Assembly: GCA_964016885.1 (NCBI GenBank)
Contig: OZ024743.1
Location: 178,498,001-178,562,000 of the forward strand
Direction: 5' to 3'
Source: Eledone cirrhosa
Taxonomy: Eukaryota
DNA length: 64,000 nt
The notes below the pieces were generated by a model. The model had not been told where the DNA came from. It saw only the letters and a program-made list of their open reading frames with translations, and searched no databases. A program made the position numbers and the translations under genes. Positions 34,336 to 46,793 of the stretch are shown here, in pieces (within the stretch, counting starts at the first letter, position 1; the number at the start of each line of letters is the position of its first letter).

Positions 34336-35920
34336 ATTACTATTTACATGACACACTTCTCTTATTAAGTGAGGGATAATTAAGTGAACTAGGTAAAAAA
34401 AAATCCAATGTAATGTAAGTTTCAACTAGATATCTCGGATTTTCTTAATGGCAATATTCCCACTTGAAGTGACACTCACAGAAGTTGAATTCAATGGAAC
34501 AAAGAAACTAAATTCTCATTCATTCTAGAGCGCTCACTCTGCTTATGGCAACCATGCTCTTTCTCTCTCTTGTGTTATGTATTTCCATCAACTTAGTGCA
34601 GACCATTTCAAAATCATAAGTGTTAAAAATGGCTATATATCAGTACCGCTGCTTGGATTCAAACATTATTCTAACAGCCATTCCCTTTATGATTATCAGT
34701 TAAGTGTGTGAAAATAAATTTACTTCTAAGAACAATTAATTATAAGCAAAATAGGTAAGATTAAATGTGCGGTAAAATTAAAATATAATTAGTTGATAAC
34801 TAATATAGTATTTTCTCTGGTATATATTGGAGACAATTCCCAGTATATTTTGTTCTTCTGGAACATTCCAGCAGGCGTTCTGACTCACCGTACGTATTAG
34901 TAATAAGGTCATTGAGTAAACACACAAAAATATATAGTCTTTGACTTAGAATAATAAAAAGAAATTAATGGAAAACAATAATTAACAGTTAAGTAATAAA
35001 AGTACATTTATATTGAGAATATCAAATTAGATTATTGTGAGATGCCATTCGCAAAGGTTAACCAAGTAGCCGGTTTCTAATGTTGATGATGTGCTAGACA
35101 TTTCCAAACGTTTTCAAAAAGAAACAAGATTATTTTGTCTTAAATAACTCTCTTATTATTAAATAATTTCTTCTATTTTAGATTTTTTTGAAAACGTATT
35201 TCATTTTCTTTATCATTTTTATGTATTTTTAACCGTTATTTCTATCATTGTTATATTTTCTTAGTTTCACTTAGAGAATACTTGATATCCTCATGCTATA
35301 GAGAAAACGACAAAAATATAAGAATATAAAAACACAGAATTAACAATAAAGAAAAATACTAAAACATTGAGACTATTCAGTTTTGAGTAAATATCGAAAA
35401 AATCTTTTATTCAAAAGTAGTATTTCGTGTAAAAAGTTAACAGAGTGGGAGAAAACTTAATTGGTGAACTGATGACGTCAAAAGATTACTCTGCACTAGG
35501 AAGACTTAAGACTTGTTTATCAGACATTTGAAATCATAGGATGCTGTCCTACGTCAAATAATAAAATGCCTAAACATCTCGAAATCGTCGTTATGAGAGT
35601 CTTAATTAAGCTAAAAAGATTTATCGATCTGAAATGCTATATTATCAGTAACAATGTATCCGTACAAGCTTTTGCAAAAACCACTTGAAGTTTCGTATAT
35701 ATATTCAGTCAGATGTAAATTGAACGTGTTTTATTTTGCAAAATTGGCGATGTTTTAAAAGAAAGACATTCAGAAAGCTATTTTGGAGATATATCCAATA
35801 TCATTATTGGAAATATAAGGATTTATGCTCTAAAATATTTTTTACGTCGTATAAATGTGAACATATGTGTGAATGGGTGTGTGTACATGTGTATTAGTAT
35901 TTGTAAACAGCTATTTGTGT

Positions 35921-35960
<40 letters not shown>

Positions 35961-36220
35961 CGTGAAATTCCATGTGTACTTGTCATAGCTTAATTGTTAT
36001 AAGTTGCGGTTTTGTCTCGTCTCTTAATCCTTAGGACAGAGCTTTGACTTGTACCAGACACTGATACCCTGGGTGAGCCAGCAGTAGTGTTCGTAGGGGT
36101 CGAAACTGCCAAATTCCATCTCAACTGCCAATGGAGTTCTGTGTCTTTCGTTTGTATTTTCATTTTCAAAAAACAATGTTTTAAGGTTTCACCCTTAAAA
36201 AATTGTTTTTCGTTTTGCCT

Positions 36221-36350
<130 letters not shown>

Positions 36351-36465
36351 AAGAGAGAGATAAATAGATGTCATATTTAATATAGAAATAAAGTCTACAG
36401 GACTATAACATTCATTCGCATGAAATCATCAGTATTGCTCGGGATTACAGATCTATATATATATA

Positions 36466-36654
36466 AGAGTGGTGCTGAAAGGTTCCTGGCTTTAAGAGTA
36501 TACAGAGGCCTCGCTGGAAACCCAACCTTCCGGGAATTTTTTTATAGGGCTTAGAAAAGGACCGATGCAAATATTGTGTGAATCTGAAAGGGGAATATGT
36601 GGAATAAAATCATAATTACCTGATCCTCCTGTATTCTCCTTTCAGCACCCCCTC

Positions 36655-36655
<1 letters not shown>
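36466..36655 (+). mobile_element. Internally deleted mariner element (MITE-sized)
   Basis: TIRs AGAGTGGTGCTGAAAGG and CCTTTCAGCACCCCCTCG flanked by TA. The interior encodes a mariner transposase C-terminus, DRCKYCVNLKGEYVE*. Confidence 0.8.
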
Positions 36656-36719
<64 letters not shown>

Positions 36720-36748
36720 GAATTTTACGTGTTCATACCCCCCCCCCC

Positions 36749-36794
<46 letters not shown>

Positions 36795-37149
36795 AAATTG
36801 CAATTCTGAAGAAATATATTGATCGACACCTGTCGATTATGTTTTCTGTGATAGAGATGCAGTGTTATGAAAATCTTAGCATGTATAACCTGTTCTTTAT
36901 TTACCGTATGGTTTACATAAAATATTATATGAAACGACATTTAATCGTTCTCAGGGTTCCCTAAAACTGGAACATAGGATATTTACCGAGTAACATGGCA
37001 AAATATAACTGAAACTTTCTAAAGTGAAACGTAGAGTGTCAACTTTACCAATAACATAGAAGTTATCGTGAAAAGGGGAACGTAGTTATGTTTACAGATA
37101 AAGTGAAAGGTTTTGTTTTTTTTAATCGGGAAGTAGAATGCTAGCTTCA

Positions 37150-37550
37150 CTCGAAATAATCCCCCACACAAACCCGCTTTTTAATTTTTCTGATTTTTCT
37201 GATTTTTCTGATTTTTCCACCCCTCCGGCTCTTATTTTACCCGACCGCACTGTTCCACTTATTAAATTTTGCTAATCTGTCTCGGACTAAATTCTATTTT
37301 AACTGGTAGCATTCCTGCGAAAATTGACTTTATACATTAAAAAGACATTATGCATGATCAAAAAAGTACATAACTAAAAATCTTATACGTTGTCAAATAA
37401 ATAGGATGGGTTGGGGTCACAATGTGTAAACTAAACGACTAATTCTGGTTTTTTAAATTCAACGGAGACAACCTAGAAAAATTACCGAATTTTCACCTCC
37501 TCCCCTGCTTATTCCAGACCCTCCCCTTATTATTTGGGATCTAAGCGTAT
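37150..37550 (+). mobile_element. Degenerate copy of the MITE-like element at 45982-46366
   Basis: Shared blocks ATGCATGA..AAAAAGTACAT, TAAACGACTAATTCTGGTTTT, GCTTATTCCA and the end ATTTGGGATCTAAGCGTA. Confidence 0.7.
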
Positions 37551-37863
37551 ATACTATAAACTTCCAGTGTATCGTTCTCATTATTAAGGTTTTATGCACA
37601 AATATTTTATCAGATTCTTAATTTATTTTAGAAAAGAGGAAATACTATAAACATCAAATACACGAGAGGATTATTTTCTTCAAATATATGACCAACGCAT
37701 TATGCATTTGCCTGTTATGCATTTGAACGAGTATTTAAAGATAATAAATTCATGCATCATTTAACCTGAACAGTGGATATCATCCGTGTATTATTCATAT
37801 AAAAGCTTTCATATAAATTTTAATTTTTACCTATGAAAATCTTCCATTATTTTCTTAAAACCT

Positions 37864-38072
37864 GTGGATTGGTAGTATCGGTAGAGAGTCGGACACCATG
37901 CTTTGCCGCATAGAGTTACGTCCCTTTACGATATGAGTTGAAATCCTGCCGAGGTTAACTTTGCCTTTAATCCTTACGGGGTCGATAAAATAAAGTGCCA
38001 GTCACGCACTGGGGTCAATTTCATCGATTTTTCCCTCCCCCAAAATTGCTGGCCTTGTGCCTATATAAGAAA
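37864..38072 (+). mobile_element. SINE with a perfect 20-bp target-site duplication
   Basis: Core GCCTTTAATCCTTACGGGGTCGATAAAATAAAGTGCCAGT and tail CCCCAAAATTGCTGGCCTTGTGCC. TSD CCATTATTTTCTTAAAACCT at 37844-37863 and 38073-38092. Confidence 0.88.
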
Positions 38073-38254
38073 CCATTATTTTCTTAAAACCTCTTTTACA
38101 TTCAATATCCTTGACGTCAAAGTGAAAATCTCTGATCGTGTCTGATAATAGACGTTTACATTTAAAGACTTTACCTAAAATGCATATTACCAATTTATGA
38201 AGATACTCAGAGGTAATTTGAGAGTGTAATAGCTTCTCGAATTTAATTATTAAT

Positions 38255-38408
38255 AAGAGGTACACCCCGAGAAAATTGGTTGGATAACATCCATGAGCTC
38301 GGATGGTCTCGCTTGGAGATCGAGGTACATCAATTGTAGATAGTTGCTTCTGACAGGACACGGTGAGGACTCTGCCTCCACGAACCAAGAAGAAGAAGAA
38401 GAAGAAGA
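38255..38408 (+). mobile_element. RTE-clade LINE 3' end with (AAG)n tail
   Basis: Encodes WLDNIHELGWSRLEI...IVASDRTR, matches the minus-strand copy at 39.0-39.3k, and ends in (AAG)n. Confidence 0.75.
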
Positions 38409-38995
38409 GGAGGTGTATGTGTGTGTATGTTTGTGTACATATTTACAAAAGTAAATAGTTTTCGAAGTTCACTCCTAAACCACGTAGTTTCATGTTCGGT
38501 CCCATGATTTGTTGCATAGAGCACGTGACTTTTACTTTTCCTATGTCTTACAAATAATTTGATACACTGAAACTACAGAATTATAGGGAAATCTCCAGAT
38601 ATTACCAAATATTAAAAGCAGCTAACATATATTTTTAGATTAAAACGCAGAAAATGGTATTGAAATGACAGATGTTTTAAACAGTGGACACCTTCAAAAC
38701 TTGTTACACACAGCATATTCACTAATTCAAATACAGAGACACACTCATCAATGCAGCTTGATGCATTAACAGAAGAGGAATCAATAATGTGCAAATAAGT
38801 GGAACATTGTCGTAAAAGCTATTACAGGAAATAAATATTATACATAGAGAAATAAAATATATTCACATCTGACAATATTTTTGTTACGTCAGATAAAACG
38901 TTTACAACACGCTGCATACAAAATTATTTAACTTTGCATCATTCAAGAACGTTTTTCGTTTGCATTCCACTTTATGTATAATCGGGATAAATCTT

Positions 38996-39305
38996 CTTCT
39001 GTCAACTATTCCTGAGGAGGTCGTGAGGGCAGAGTCCTACAGCAGGTCTTCCAGTGGGTCCTGTCTGAAGCAACCGTCTCCAATTGATCCGGCTGGATCC
39101 CCAAGCCAAACCAGCTGAGCTCATGGATGTTACCAACTACTTTGCTTGCTCGGGGGTGTACCTCTGGGTCTCCTGCCAGTTGGTTTTGCCCATAAAATCT
39201 GTCCAGCGATTCTTTCCTGAGACATTCTAACCACGTGTCTATAGTATCGGAGCTGTGATCTCTCAATTCGGAGAAGTAGCGGCTCTACCTGGAGCGACTC
39301 TATCC
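38996..39305 (-). mobile_element. 5'-truncated RTE-clade LINE 3' end
   Basis: Minus strand reads LQVEPLLLRIERSQLRYYRHVVRMSQERIAGQILWAKPTGRRPRGTPR, then ..VASDRTHW..RPPQE* and an (AGA)n tail. This is a typical RTE ORF C-terminus. Confidence 0.85.
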
Positions 39306-39854
39306 AGTAAACGTTATTACAGGAGATAAATATTATACATAACAGAGAAATAAAATATATTCACAATATCAGACAATATTTTGGATATGTCAGATAAAAT
39401 TATTATAACACGTTGCACACAAAATTATTTAACTTCGTGAACGTTTATACTTTGCACTCCCCTTTATGAATAACCGGGATAAATCTTGCCACTTAAGAGT
39501 TGTCTATATCTCCTGTTTAGTCATTATTTCCCTGTCAACATGTTGCAGTGTTTTGGTGGTTTTATTAACCCCCACCCACCAATCAAGTACTTTTCTCAGA
39601 CATATGAAGACTAGCCTTTCTTTAGAGGCAGCCTTTACGTACCTCGTCGTAGCTACATCACTGGGTGGTGGGAGTTTTTTTTAGGTAAATAAGGTGTTAC
39701 CCATTGCTCCATCTCTCCTAGTAGTTTAGTGCTGTTGGTCCGGGGTTACGTATTTGTCTGTCAGATGCTCACTAATATCACTACTAACCGTCATATATGG
39801 TGGCCATGTCGCTATCCACCACCTGCGACCCGTTCTCTAGTGGAAGAATACGAT

Positions 39855-40085
39855 CACGAATACAAGTAGCCGAAATGAGGTTCCTCCGAAGGGTCTTTGG
39901 AGTAACGTTACTTGGACATCAGACAGGCGCTCCAGGTAGTGCCACTACTTCTCCGAATTGAGAGATCATAGCTCCGATAATACGGACATGTTGTTAGAAT
40001 GTTTCGAGATGGAATCGCAGGACAGGCATTTCGGGCAATACTAACCGATAGGAAACCCAGGGGTGGACTCCGAGCAAATAATTTG
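39855..40085 (+). mobile_element. RTE-clade LINE fragment, same family, opposite orientation
   Basis: RIQVAEMRFLRRVFGVTLL motif, and CTCCAGGTAG..CTACTTCTCCGAATTGAGAGATCA shared with the 39.0-39.3k copy. Confidence 0.8.
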
Positions 40086-40089
40086 ATAA

Positions 40090-40293
40090 GAGAAGGATAA
40101 AGAGTGAGAGAATGGAAGTCAGAAAGAAATGTAAAAGAAATATCGACCCCACTACTAGACTAGTAGCTTTTTATCGACCTTGAATGGTAGAAAGGCAAAG
40201 TTCACCTAGGTGGGATTTGAAATCAGAGAGCAAAGAGCCAAAACGGATAACACAAAACATTCTAGCCGACATTCTAACGACCCTGTTAATTCG
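40090..40293 (-). mobile_element. Degenerate SINE (33.2k family)
   Basis: Reverse complement of the core (TTTTATCGACC..GAAAGGCAAAGTT..GGGATTTGAA) and of the head (AATTCGC). Confidence 0.75.
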
Positions 40294-41131
40294 CATTAAA
40301 GATTAACACTAATTTGTAGGAAAACTAAACTGTTATTTCATCATAATAGAATCATACAATAAATATAATTATGTTGTTTTACAAAGTAACATAAAAGTCC
40401 ATTTAACCTGGTTTTATCGTCTTTCTTTATGATGGAGAAAGTTTTGCTAAACCGGAATGTATTTCGTACTATTTAGGACCATCTCAAATTATCTAAATTC
40501 ACATTATTAAGCATTTAATTTGAAAAGTAATTTGACAGAAGTTGTTCTTCGTGAATTAAACATTAAATAATGACTCGTATTGACATGGAATAAACTATGA
40601 TTGTGTGAACCAAAGAGGTCTGTTTAAAGAAATTTTCTATTAAGCCAGGAGTTGTAGTTTGTGAAGAAAAGAATTAAAAGCGATTACCATTATATAAACA
40701 TAAGAACTGTCTGGAATTACTTTAAATTACTGAATGTTATCAAAGAACATCATCAGTCGCTTTTGTGTGATAGAATATCTATTGATAAGTATCGAGTGAA
40801 AACACAATCTTTTATAACAAACTACTACTAGACAGATTTCGATGAAAGCAAAATTATTCAATACAGCTGATCAGGCCTAAGAATGTTTTTAATCTAACGA
40901 CAAACTTTCTATTATTGGGGGTAAATAGAATATTTTGGTGTTTATACCTTTTTCAACAAGTGAAATAATTAGAAGATATTTTAGCAGTGTTCGTTTACAT
41001 GAGATTCATTCTTACACTTCAGCTTTCGTGGCTGTACATAAAACGACGGGATGACTGATAGTGGGGCAATGTGCAATATAATTGCTAAGGAATTAGAGAT
41101 AATGGAATGGTGTTTAACGAATTGTTTACCT

Positions 41132-41210
41132 TGATGATGAGGATGATGATGATGGTGGTGGTGATGATGGTGATGATGTTGGTGATGATGATGATAGTGA
41201 TTATGATGAT
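41132..41210. repeat. Imperfect (GAT/GGT)n trinucleotide repeat
   Basis: Seen directly. Confidence 0.9.
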
Positions 41211-41544
41211 GAGCTGTCGGGATCTGGCTGATCTTTTTCTTCCCAGTTAAGTTGGTTGGTTATTGTACAATGGCAATAACTAATCAGATCTGTCTGCGTG
41301 AAACATCACTTCCCCCAGACAGAACATTCTTATTCGTTGCTTAGGGGTGGTGGTGGGGTCTTGTATATTGCCGTAGCAGAACACACGACGCTTCCGGGGT
41401 TGATTAATGCGGTGGAGTTCAAAACACCTTATAAAGAGTAAAAACTTTGATTGCCACTCTGACCTGCTAAGTTCTGATTTTTCTAACGTCACCGGGAATG
41501 TCACATGCTTTGAGTGTAAATTTCAAGTATTTATATTTCATTTA

Positions 41545-41692
41545 GAAGCGGCGAATTGCCAGAGTCGCTAGAACGTCGGATAGAATCGTTTCCATTATCT
41601 TACTGTCTCTATCCTTCTCTGGAAGAAATGTGCTGTATTCAAGCCTGGGGAGGAGATGGGCTCCGTCAGATGTAGAAACTGCCCTAGAAATG
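41545..41692 (+). mobile_element. SINE head plus a 3' segment shared with 33378-33450
   Basis: GCGGCGAATTG..AGAACGTCGGATAGAAT, then CTCTGGAA..GCTGTATTCAA.CCTGG..GCTCCG..CTAGAAA as at 33.4k. Confidence 0.65.
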
Positions 41693-42464
41693 CTGTATGT
41701 TTGCATGGCGCCTCTACGACTTCCTTAGGAGTTAGGACACCATGCATGTATGTCAGCAGCAACCAGCCAGAGATTGGGCAGGGAGCTTAAAACACTAGGA
41801 GACTGGTTAAATAAAGTAAAGAGACCATAAAGTTCTTTAGAGGATATGTGATAAACGAGTAAAAATAAAATCTACTGATATTCGGATTTTATCGCACCCC
41901 TAAATTAAAGAATTAAGAAAACTTGTTGAAAAGGCACTACTTTTCAAACATTGGCTCAGCGCTATTTTTCAAACATTGGCCCAGGGAGAGAGTGGGGGGG
42001 AGGTCACCGCCTTTCACCTCCACTAGTTGTGTATATCATTTGTAGACATTTTTACTCGACGCTATCTACTTTTTCTAGTTGAATAGATCATTACAAACGT
42101 AATAATCTTTACCATTTTCAAAATACACTGTTATAATAAGAATGCAAAACTCTACAGTTTTATTGGTTGCTCCTGGAGCATTAACATAAGACAATACCAT
42201 CGATAGGAATCTGTATGTAATGCTACAGATCCTCCCTCAGCTACAGAAACAATTCACAGATATTGAGATTATTTATATCACTTGCCGTTCTACCTAGTAT
42301 CCCTCAATCAAAAACTGTTTTTTGTTTCAGTATTTTATGTATGTAGGGTTCCGTAAATCCTTATGGCATTGTATGGGTACCGTATTGACATAAGATGTTT
42401 CATGGACATTTTAAGACTGGCGGAGCTTATCTCCTCTCCAGATCTGAATACAGCAGATTTCTTC

Positions 42465-42675
42465 CAGAGAATGAAAGGGAGTAAAAGAATGGAAGTAGGA
42501 AAGAGATATAGAGGAGGAATCGATCACAGTACTAGACTGGTACTTTTTTATCCACCTCAAAACTATGAAAGACATAGTTGAACTCGACAGGATTTGAACT
42601 CAGAGAGCAGAGGGCCGGATTGAATACCACGAAGCATTTTACCCGACGTTCTAAAGACTGTCAATTCGCTGCCTA
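42465..42675 (-). mobile_element. Degenerate SINE (33.2k family)
   Basis: ACTGGTACTTTTTTATC..GGATTTGAACTCAGAG..AATTCGCTGCCT. Confidence 0.78.
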
Positions 42676-42809
42676 TATTTTCAATATATTACTGACATAC
42701 AAACTTAGAATAAATGTGTTCGTCTTTCCAATTTTGAAAGTTACTCTGGGGGATATCCTCCCTCCTGATTAAACACACTAAATATTTGGCATGAACTCAT
42801 GAATATACA

Positions 42810-43363
42810 CAGGAGTTGGACAAAATAGTAGAAACACCTAGCATCATAGCATCATAATTTTGAAATATCTATAAAACCGTCAAAAGCTTGTTTATTTTTA
42901 TTGTTCTCGAGGTGGTCATTCAGCTCTGCAGTAATTTTGGGAGCTGTACTTTTGTGATCCTTTCTAACAATTCGCGTAAGAGTCCGACGGTCCCTATCTG
43001 AAAGTTTTGGTTTTCTTCCGGAGTTTTGTTTCGACGAGGAGGTTTTTCCCTTTTTCTCAAAGTTATTACTTTCGAGACAGTACTTCTTGATACACCAAAC
43101 ATTTCGGTTGTTTTCATTACGCTAGCGCCTGCCATACGAGCACCAACAATTTGACCTCTTTGAAAGTCCGATACATCTGTCATTTTAATGAATTTTAATT
43201 ACCTTTTTCTGATGATATCTGAAAAGAAACAGCAATTTTAACAAAACATATTAAGCAACACTAATAATAAATCAAAAAACATAAAAATAAACAAGCTTTT
43301 GACGGTTTTATAGATATTTCAAAATTATGATGCTAGGTGTTTCCATTATTTTGTCCAACCCTG
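42810..43363 (-). mobile_element. Internally deleted Tc1-like DNA transposon
   Basis: About 85-90 bp TIRs (CAGGAGTTGGACAAAATA..GCTTGTTTATTTTTA and TAAAAATAAACAAGC..TTGTCCAACCCTG followed by TA). The interior encodes a transposase N-terminal HTH, MTDVSDFQRGQIVGARMAGASV..FGVSRSTVSKV, then a frameshift and deletion. Confidence 0.92.
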
Positions 43364-44861
43364 TATATGCTACAGACAGATACAGTTTCTCATTAGGGAG
43401 AGATTTGGTTTTCAAGAGTTTAATATTTAAAGGCTGCAACACCTCTATCCACCACACCTAAACTACAGAGCAAAGTATTGCTTATAAGTATGGAATATAC
43501 ACAAGGATCTGTGGAGAAAATGTTTTCTCCAACTGCGTTCAATTAACTGTTGCTAATGGTATTTCAAAAAGAAATATGAATTAAAACAATAATGTTTTTA
43601 TTGATAATATTATTGGCTGCTTTTGGTTCTGTTGGGCTGTTTCCAAGCGTGTTCACAGTTTATACGTAAGTTCAGTATGCATCATCAAAATGTAAGAGAA
43701 TGCACCTTCCAAAGAATGTGTTTGTTAGAAAGATATCCCAAGGGTAAGAATGGATAAATACAAGAACAACAAACTTTAAATTGCTTCATTAGTAGAGAAA
43801 ATCTACATAGTCATGTTCTATTTTATTACAGATGTAAACGAATTAATAGTGACTTTTATTTACCCACATCCCCTCTCAACGCACACGCACACACTCACGC
43901 ACATACACACACACACATGTGCTGTTTGTTTGTCTGTTATATTTATATTATATATATATGTGTGTGTGTGTGTGTACGTGTGTGTGTGTGATTCAGTTTG
44001 GGTGTGGGTGCGCGTGGGAATGAGTGTATATATATATATATGTGTGTGCATCCTTATCTTTCTGTTCTCAAACAGAGCTATAGCCACACGCTGCTCCTAT
44101 GAAGCACAGACTATGATTTAAATCAAGTATTCAATGGTTGTCTGCTGATGAACATTTAATAAGCCATGAAACATGTATTGATGAAGTTTTGTCTTTGTAC
44201 AAAAAAAGGTTAACAAAATGTTCTTCACATATATTTTGTTTTTCAGAGAGGCTTATAGATTACGGTTATACCTAGATTAAATTAAATATTTATATACAAT
44301 TATATATTCATATGTACATAGTATATACACACATCATATATATATATATACATATATAAATAATATAATTATACATATATACGTTATATATATGCCGAAC
44401 CACTTCATTACTGTTTGGACATGCATGGCCACTTGTATATCACAATGATTGCATAACTGCATCAATGATTGCGTAACCTTCTGACGAAGTCACATGGATA
44501 ACCATATAACAAAAATACATATAATGCAATAAACAATTATGGTGATTTAATCCCGTCTTAACTACCATATTTGATACACACACACACCATACTTCCCTGT
44601 GGAAAAGACGTGTGTTTTTCGAACAAAAATCCAACAAATCACACAGCGTTCAATTATTGAAACGACAGAATCTAGAGAACAATTAACAGCAATTAACAGC
44701 GGGATCCACTTCGGCCATATTGTGTCATTTATTATCAAAGACTCTGTTAATATCTGAAGTATTTCAATACTTCTTTCAATTGAAAGGAAATTAATGACAT
44801 TTCTTCAATCGACTCTCAATTGTTACCTTGTCCTAATTCTATTTATTTGTTTCTCCTCTAG

Positions 44862-45149
44862 GTGTCTGCATTGCTCGCTCGTTAAAAATTCCACGCAGTG
44901 TGAACGAAGAGAAGTTTGATAATTTGGTCAGAGATTTACTTGGCGTTGCAAATTCCCGTGTGGTTGTGATGTTTGTTAATGAAGACAACAGTCGAGGTAT
45001 TTTGCGAGCGTTAAAAAAAAGCAACCGAACATCGGAATTATCATTCTTAGCCAGTGATAGTTGGGGTGCCAAGATTCATCCAGTATTTGAACAAGAGAAT
45101 GTGGCAGAAGGAGCAGTGACGATCCTTCCGAAAAGACAGAAAATAGTGG
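44862..45149 (+). CDS. Internal exon (288 nt, phase 1-1) of a metabotropic glutamate receptor, group III-like (GRM4/7/8), Venus-flytrap domain
   Basis: Polypyrimidine tract and TAG acceptor ending 44861; GTATGT donor at 45150. Peptide (G)VCIARSLKIPR..VVVMFVNED..FLASDSWGAKIHPVFEQENVAEGAVTILPKR matches the mGluR pattern VCIAQS.KIPR..SDSWGSK..EGAVTILPKR. Confidence 0.95.
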
Positions 45150-45185
45150 GTATGTCTTTTTAATAATATAAACACGTTTTATCTT

Positions 45186-45435
45186 TACGTCCCTTTACAT
45201 TCTGAGTTGAAACCCTGTCCATAATAGCTATGCCTTTCATCCTTACGGAGTCAATAAAATAAAGTACAAGTAACGCACTGAGGTTGATTTTATCGAATTG
45301 CATAAATCAGAAACCATATATAACCATGCTTTCCGGCATATATGTACGTCATTTTATCTTTTAAATTCAAATGCCATCGAGGTTAGCTTTGCTTTTTATC
45401 CTTACGCGGTCGATAAAATAAAGTACAAGTAATCC
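45186..45435 (+). mobile_element. Two tandem SINE fragments
   Basis: GCCTTTCATCCTTACGGAGTCAATAAAATAAAGTAC and TTTATCCTTACGCGGTCGATAAAATAAAGTAC. Confidence 0.75.
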
Positions 45436-45674
45436 ACTTCATTGAAGTTGGATGAAGTAACTGTGTAATCAAAGATATTTATATATGTAAACATGTAATA
45501 TTTATGTATTTCTCCATAGATAGAAAAAAATGAAACAGCTTCACCCGAGTTTCTATCCCTGTTCCGGGTTTATAAATGGGTTTGTTTACAATTAAACCAT
45601 GCACTATTATAGTATATTTCATTTACTGAGTGCATTGTTTAATTTAAAATGTAATATACATATAATTTAAGGTG

Positions 45675-45850
45675 ACGTTAGAATCTTGGATAGAAGGCTT
45701 TATGATATTCGTCCCGGCTCTCTGCTTTGTGTTCAAACACCACCAAGGTCAACTTTGCCTTTCATCCAATCTAGTACCGGGGTCGATTCTTCCTCTAAAT
45801 CTCTTCGTCACTTCCATTCTCTCAATTCCTATCCTTCTCTTAAAGAATAA
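45675..45850 (+). mobile_element. Degenerate SINE (33.2k family, internal deletion)
   Basis: GTTCAAACACCACCAAGGTCAACTTTGCCTTTCATCC..GTACCGGGGTCGATT plus a pyrimidine tail. Confidence 0.7.
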
Positions 45851-45981
45851 TCTACTGAACTGGAGAGAGGAAGGACTCCACCAGGCTTAAAATGCCCAAG
45901 AAACGGTCTATGACAATACGGCGCGCCTACCACTCCACCAGGACTTATGGGACAAAAGTGAAAGGGATATACATAATGACT

Positions 45982-46366
45982 TACTCTCGGGTCTCGAATA
46001 ATTCCCCCCCCCCCCCTACACACACACACACGCACACACCACCACCACCACCAACACTTATTATTTTGCTAATTAATCTCCGGCGAATTTTAATTTTCTT
46101 TATACAGAAAAAACAATATGCATGACAAAAAAGTACATTACTAGAAATCTTATATGTTATAAAATAAATAAGATAGGGTGGATTTCAATATGTAAATTAA
46201 ACGACTAATTCTGGTTTTAAAAATATCAAGGGAGACAGCCTACAAAAAATTACTGATTTTCTAACCCAATCTCCCGCTTATTACACCACACCACCCCTAC
46301 TTATTCCAACTCCCCCACCCACCCCCGCTTATTCCAATCCTCCCTCTCATTTGGGACCCGAGAGTA
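45982..46366. mobile_element. MITE-like non-autonomous DNA transposon
   Basis: Terminal inverted repeats TACTCTCGGGTCTCGAAT and ATTTGGGACCCGAGAGTA; second copy at 37.15-37.55k. Confidence 0.75.
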
Positions 46367-46464
46367 GGTAAAATATATACTTAATGGTTTAGGCGAGGTA
46401 ATTGTCAGTTCCTTAGGTGTAGTTAACGGTCAGTCCCCGTTGCTTTAATGGAGTTGATTTTTTC

Positions 46465-46530
46465 AATGCAAGTACGTATCTCCCTTACCATCCTCCGGGG
46501 AAACGCCTTCTCCATTCTGTCCGCAGAGGA
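46465..46530 (+). mobile_element. Possible C-terminal fragment of a CRE-like (restriction-like endonuclease) non-LTR element
   Basis: QVRISLTILRGNAFSIL resembles the QRISVAIQRGNA..IL end motif; a short match only. Confidence 0.35.
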
Positions 46531-46757
46531 TGGGGAGGGTGAGAGAGATGGGGGTGATAACGGTGAGAGTTCGGCTCATCCGTGTTCGGACACGTTGCCA
46601 CTGTCATATGGAAGGAATATATATATATATATATTAGAAAATGAGGGGGTTTTTTTAATGAAAAATAACCGAGATGTCCTACACGAGTGAAAGTATAAGG
46701 ATAAAGGATGAAATCGAAAATGCAACTGGAGTCTTTTTAAGAATATTTATTTGGTTC

Positions 46758-46793
46758 CTTTACCGGTTTCGCAGTTCTTATGCTTTTCAAAAG
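46758..46793 (-). ncRNA. Minimal type I hammerhead ribozyme motif, U3:A8 variant
   Basis: Minus strand: CTT-TTGAAAA-GCA(TAAGAAC)TGC-GAAA-CCGG-TA-AAG, with palindromic stem III ACCGGT. Confidence 0.6.

Noticed and set aside
35469-35510. CTGATGA as a hammerhead core
   Set aside because: No stem II or correctly placed GAAA follows.
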